64,000 bases of DNA, taken from Macrostomum lignano (Eukaryota). Shown in pieces: positions 59,096 through 64,000 of this stretch. A program made the translations under genes and the position numbers. The notes beneath the pieces were generated by a model, which was given only the letters and a program-made list of their open reading frames with translations, was not told the origin of the DNA and ran no database searches. The stretch lies in contig NIVC01002315.1 of the NCBI GenBank assembly GCA_002269645.1, forward strand, positions 1 through 64,000, in the 5' to 3' direction. How positions within the stretch are numbered: the first letter of the stretch is position 1; every line of letters starts with the position of its first letter.

Positions 59096-59302
59096 CTGAG
59101 TCTAGGTTGGCCACGAATTGATTCTTGATTCAGTCTGGCCCATATTTATCTTTTATCTATTCGAATGCTATAGCGAGCTGTCTAATTCATTTTGTCCGCC
59201 TGGAGAGACCTAACTAGCTAGTTTTTTAGTTTACTACTAGAATTCTTAACTTAAGTAGTGTATGTTAGCAAACTTTCATTCCATTGCAGATAACAGATTT
59301 CT

Positions 59303-59851
59303 GTGTCCTGTGCATCCCCAACCCTTGGCATGTCCGGCCCAACTTCGTTTCCCGACTTCCGACCCACTGAGCTGTCGTTGCTGTGCAGCGAGGCCGAGTC
59401 CCAGATGCAGCGCACTCTGAAAGGCTTGCACCAGGCTATTCTTGTCCGCCAGGCTGCACTCCGTCGGGCCGCCCGACGGAGCGCTAACGAGGGCGCGCAA
59501 GACAACGAAACTCCGGAGATGCGACGGCGTCGCCTCCTGGACGAGCTGCGGCACGGCCAGGCGATGGCCGAGCTGGCCGCCAGACAGGGCGACACCGAGG
59601 AGGCCGCCTACAGGGCGGAGCGGGAGCGCCAGCTGAAGGCTGAGTTAGATGAGGCTGAATCCGAGGCCAATCAACCGGACGGCGGTTGGGCTGTCGGCGT
59701 CGGAGTCAACAAAAATCTGCTGTCGGCCGCGTTCACCGAGGCGGTGGACGAATTTCAGACTCAACTGCTGGCGGAGCTGCGTCAGGCCGGCAGTGTGCTT
59801 GCCGAACAGGAGGTCAAGGAGCTGGCTGCTGATAGTAATCTGGGCTTGTAG
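59303..59851 (+). CDS. Coiled-coil-rich exon of an unidentified protein (possible acceptor at 59388)
   Basis: Strong GC3 codon bias like the confirmed genes; A/E/R/L/Q-rich helical sequence (ELRHGQAMAELAARQGDTEEAAYRAERERQLKAEL). Confidence 0.6.
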   Translation: MSCASPTLGMSGPTSFPDFRPTELSLLCSEAESQMQRTLKGLHQAILVRQAALRRAARRSANEGAQDNETPEMRRRRLLDELRHGQAMAELAARQGDTEEAAYRAERERQLKAELDEAESEANQPDGGWAVGVGVNKNLLSAAFTEAVDEFQTQLLAELRQAGSVLAEQEVKELAADSNLGL

Positions 59852-59864
59852 GGCCTCTGCAGTC

Positions 59865-60470
59865 ACTGTGCTTCTGGGCCATAGACTATTCGCTTCGTTG
59901 TGCAGTCTGGCCTATAGACTATTCACTTCCTTGTGCAGTCTGGCCCATAGACTATTCACTTCCTTGTGCAGTCTACTTCTTGGCCATAGACTATTCTCTG
60001 TGTACATGCTTGGGCGAAACCTTGGGATTCACCCGGCCGTTTCTATTGGCAACACACGCATGTGAGTCGCTATTGGCTGAGAGCAGTCACGTGACTACTG
60101 TTCTGTCCAATAGCGACTTACATGCGTGTGTTGCCAATAGAGACGGCCGAGTGAATCCCAAAGTTGCGCATGTATGTCTGTGTAGTTTGGCCCATTGACT
60201 ATTCACTTCCTTGTGTGTGCAGTCTGGCCCATAGATTATTCACTTCCTGATGCAGTCTGGCCCATAGACTATTCACTTCCTTGTGTGTGCAGTCTGACCC
60301 ATAGATTATTCACTTCCTGATGCAGTCTGGCCCATAGACTATTCACTTCCTGATGCAGTCTGGCCCATAGACTATTCACTTCCTGATGCAGTCTGGCCCA
60401 TAGACTATTCACTTCCTGACGCAGTCTGGCCCATAGACTATTCACTTCCTTGTACAGTCTGGCTTATGTG
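59865..60470. repeat. 31-35-bp tandem repeat (GCAGTCTGGCCCATAGACTATTCACTTCCTTGT)n interrupted by a palindromic element
   Basis: Copies on both sides of 60005-60172. Confidence 0.9.
60005..60172. mobile_element. Palindromic (foldback) MITE with TA flanks, Tc1/mariner-like
   Basis: About 140-bp near-perfect palindrome centred on GTCACGTGAC (60086-60095); TA-CATGC...GCATG-TA ends; interrupts a 31-35-bp tandem array. Confidence 0.7.
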
Positions 60471-61214
60471 TAGTATGGGCCATAAACAAGTTATTCTAAT
60501 TGATTTCTGAATTAAAGACTACTCTCTATGGAGTGTACAAGATTTACTTATAAAATACGTACGCAAGTCTATCAACCTGTAATTTTTCCCTTATTGATAT
60601 TCTTTCAAAATGGAAAAACCGGATTTTTATGATCGTTTGTAAGTTTTAATGACTCTTTATGTTATAATCTTAATGGCATTCTAAATATATATTGTACTTT
60701 TGAGTAAGTGCGATTGAAAGCTGAATTATGCAGAATTCCTAGACTGAATTCCAGGAAATTTTAGACGTATGACACAAATCAAATTCTCAAATGTGTCTCA
60801 TTTCATTTCTCTTTTTCATTTCATGTATTCTGTCAAGTTCATGAATTTTGAGAAGGAAATAATGAGTGTACGCAAAGCGGGAGAATACGCTGCAGCTCTC
60901 ATGAACAGCTCAGCCAATGGCAACGGAAATGGGCTTTCGGCTTTAATAGGTTATAAATCTCTATACTCGTGCTCAGTGTAGTACGCAGGCGAACTCCTAA
61001 AATCATCAGTAGTAAATTTCCGTCATAAAATGCGCCTGCTCATGCGATGCCCTACAGTGTTTCTTCTGATGGTTTTGCAGCTGCTGTCGTTTAAGTTGTC
61101 GACTGCTTCGGCTCTGGCCATCCCAGCTGGTGCTCTGGCCAGCAATAAGTCTTCTCTGCTGCCAGCACGCTACAGTCCGAGCGATGCCAGGTTAGATGGT
61201 TGCTGACTGCATTA

Positions 61215-61772
61215 GGGCTGCCATTACATTTAAGGAGTGCCAGCATCAGGGCTGCCATTACATTTGAGGAGTGCCAGCATCAGGACTGCCATTACATTTG
61301 AGGAGTGCCAGCATCAGGGCTGTCATTACATTTGAGGAGTGCCAGCATCAGGGGCTGTCATTACATTTGAGGAGTGCCAGCATCAGGGGCTGTCATTACA
61401 TTTGAGGAGTGCCAGAAGCAGGGCTGCCATTACATTTGAGAAGTGCCAGAAGCAGGGCTGCCATTACATTTGAGGAGTGTCAGAAGCAGGGCTGCCATTA
61501 CATTTGAGGAGTGCCAGAAGCAGGGCTGCCATTACATTTGAGGAGTGCCAGCATCAGGGGCTGTCATTACATTTGAGGAGTGCCAGCATCAGGGGCTGTC
61601 ATTACATTTGAGGAGTGCCAGAAGCAGGGCTGCCATTACATTTGAGAAGTGCCAGAAGCAGGGCTGCCATTACATTTGAGGAGTGTCAGAAGCAGGGCTG
61701 CCATTACATTTGAGGAGTGCCAGAAGCAGGGCTGCCATTACAATTGAGGAGTGCCAGCATCAGGGCTGCCCT
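61215..61772. repeat. 34/35-bp minisatellite (AGGGCTGCCATTACATTTGAGGAGTGCCAGCATC)n
   Basis: About 16 copies. Confidence 0.95.
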
Positions 61773-62289
61773 TATACATGTACATCTATAGCGTTTCTCT
61801 CGTATAAAAGGCGAATTATATTTAATAGCAAAATATTAGGATACTGTTAGTTGGGCGTCTAAAGCAGACGAGCCAGATGGATCTTAATATATCAACATAT
61901 AGTATTAGACGCTCGTATAGAAATGTATAAATTTCATTTCACTATTGAAATTCACTAGTAAACCAAGAATGTCCGGCAATGGACAATATCAAAGGTTTGA
62001 TAAATCTTTTACCTGAGGAATTAGGGAAACACACGGTGTCGATTTTCACCAATTAACTTCCTCCGAGCGCCTTCTACAGACACTGACAGCCTGCCGTTAC
62101 GCCGACGACACGAGGACAACGTGTCGTCATCTTGCAAAGCGTCGATATCGCAGATCGGGATGATAGAACCCGATTCGGTGCAAAATTGTTTATTACAGTA
62201 CACCTGCCCTAATGGCCAGATGTGCAACTGACAGCTCAGCCGCAGCTATTGCGCGGCGCATCTGAAGGCTGCGTACGGCTGTTCAGTCT

Positions 62290-62495
62290 AAGGACTGGGG
62301 GGTCGCCACACACACCCTCAGTTACCCCAGCTAATGCTGGCACCCATTTTACAGCTGGGTGAGCTGCAGCAATGCAGAGTTAAGTGTCTTGCTAAGGATA
62401 CAAATTGTTTCGAGTGGTGTCGAGAATCGAACCCCCGACCTTTGAGTCGTGAGTTCAGCGCCCTAACCAGGCTTCAAGTGCACCATTGCTTTGGT
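62290..62495 (-). mobile_element. tRNA-headed SINE with a CORE-like central domain (family B)
   Basis: Minus strand AGCCTGGTTAGGGCGCTGAACTC...GGGGGTTCGATTCTCG, then TATCCTTAGCAAGACACTTAACTCTG...CCCAGCTGTAAAATGGGT, resembling the MIR/CORE-type segment. Confidence 0.7.
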
Positions 62496-62511
62496 GCAAT
62501 GCATTCTGCAG

Positions 62512-62891
62512 AAATTAGTTCAGAAACAACAAACAAGTTCACAAACTTGCAGACGCGGTGGACAGCTCCTTCAACAGTTTCTGTTCAGTCTGTCCGACTG
62601 TCTGTCGGCCAGCGCCTGTCTGGATCAGCTGAGCGCCGCCCTCGAGACAGCCGCCGCCGCGTCAGCCACAGCCGACGACGCACTGTCGCAGACGAGGCCG
62701 GCTGTGAAGCAGCTGACCGGGCCGGCTGCTGAGGCGTTTCGCCGGCGCGCCAATCAACGCCGTCTGCTGGTGTTGCTGCCGCTCTGCTTGGGCGTCTGCC
62801 TGGCCTGCCTGCTCGGCCTCTGGTGCTGCGCCTGGATAAAGCGGGACATCAGGAACCACGATAATAAGATTAACCACATCCTCAGCGATAG
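62512..62891 (+). CDS. Exon encoding a helical segment and one transmembrane helix; gene probably continues past the window end
   Basis: RRRANQRR then LLVLLPLCLGVCLACLLGLWCCAWI then KRDIR; GC3-biased codons; donor AG|GTGAGA at 62892; 5' boundary uncertain. Confidence 0.55.
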
Positions 62892-62919
62892 GTGAGAATA
62901 CGAGTATTGGAAAGATAAA

Positions 62920-63727
62920 TGGTCTCTTCAGTGTCTTCAGTTCCAAGTCTCTACAGTTCCAAGTCTCTTCAATTCAAAGTCTCTTCAGTTCCAAGTCTCT
63001 TCAGTTCCAAGTCTCTTCACTTCCAAATCTCTTCAGTTCCAAGTCACTTCAGATCCAAGTCTCTTCAGTTCCAAATCTCTTCAGTTCCAAATCTCTTCAC
63101 TTCCAAGTCTCTACAGTTCCAAGTCTCTTCAGTTCCAAGTCTTTTCAGTTCCAAGTCTCTTCAGTTCCAAGTCACTTCAGTTCCAAATCTCTTCAGTTCC
63201 AAGTCTCTTCAGTTCCAAGTCTCTTCAGTTCCAAGTCTCTTCAGTTCCAAGTCTTTTCAGTTCCAAATCTCTTCAGTTCCAAGTCTCTTCAGTTCCAAGT
63301 CTCTTCAGTTCCAAGTCTCTTCAGTTCCAAGTCACTTCAGTTCCAAGTCACTTCAGTTCCAAGTCTCTTCAGTTCCAAGTCACTTCAGTTCCAAGTCTCT
63401 TCAGTTCCAAGTCTCTTCAGTTCCAAGTCTCTTCAGTTCCAAGTCACTTCAGTTCCAAGTCACTTCAGTTCCAAGTCTCTTCAGTTCCAAGTCTCTTCAG
63501 TTCCAAGTCACTTCAGTTCCAAGTCTCTTCAGTTCCAAGTCACTTCAGTTCCAAGTCTCTTCAGTTCCAAGTCTCTTCAGTTCCAAGTCTCTTCAGTTCC
63601 AAGTCTCTTCAGTTCCAAGTCTCTTCAGTTCCAAGTCTCTTCATTTCAAGTCTCTTCACTTCCAAGTCTCTTCAGTTCCAAGTCTCTTCAATTCCAAGTC
63701 TCTTCACTTCCAAGTCTCTTCAGTTCC
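62920..63727. repeat. 16-bp tandem repeat (CCAAGTCTCTTCAGTT)n
   Basis: About 50 copies immediately after the 62892 donor. Confidence 0.96.
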
Positions 63728-64000
63728 TTTGCAGATAATTTAGATGCAAATTAGAGGCAAAGGACGTCTTCAGAGGATCTTAACTATAGCTGGTAAATCT
63801 ACCTTCTAAATGCCATGCTGCATTGGGAAGAAGCTCGGGAGCAGGTGACTTTTCATGACAGCCTTTGCAGGTTTGCGCTCCAAAATCAAGCCTATTTATA
63901 ATGCCTCAACGGATTGGCTCATGATTGCTACCTTTAGTCTGCCCCTTTAATTAGCAAAGCTTTTTCCATACAGAAATCCTATTGTCTTATAATTAAGTCA

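Overview
Eukaryotic (animal) genomic DNA with spliced genes. GC-rich, Ala/Gln-rich exons sit among many micro- and minisatellites, a style consistent with a flatworm such as Macrostomum (inference from composition only). Four genes could be reconstructed by hand with consistent splice phases: (1) the 5' part of a TOGARAM1/FAM179B (Crescerin/CHE-12) TOG-domain gene on the minus strand, with a 1-bp frameshift in the TOG1 region; (2) a complete PRC1 (MAP65/Ase1) gene, minus strand; (3) a two-exon FoxG forkhead gene, plus strand; (4) a three-exon secreted single-EGF-domain protein resembling an EGFR ligand but with no transmembrane segment, minus strand. Unidentified coding-like exons occur near 46.9, 48.6, 58, 59.5 and 62.7 kb. 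Roughly a third of the window is tandem repeat (units of 4, 12, 14, 16, 20-22 and 28-34 bp), some with higher-order structure. Several non-autonomous DNA transposons (four with verifiable 8-bp TSDs, one palindrome flanked by TA) and two tRNA-derived SINE families are present. No rRNA, intact tRNA, CRISPR array or autonomous transposase was found.
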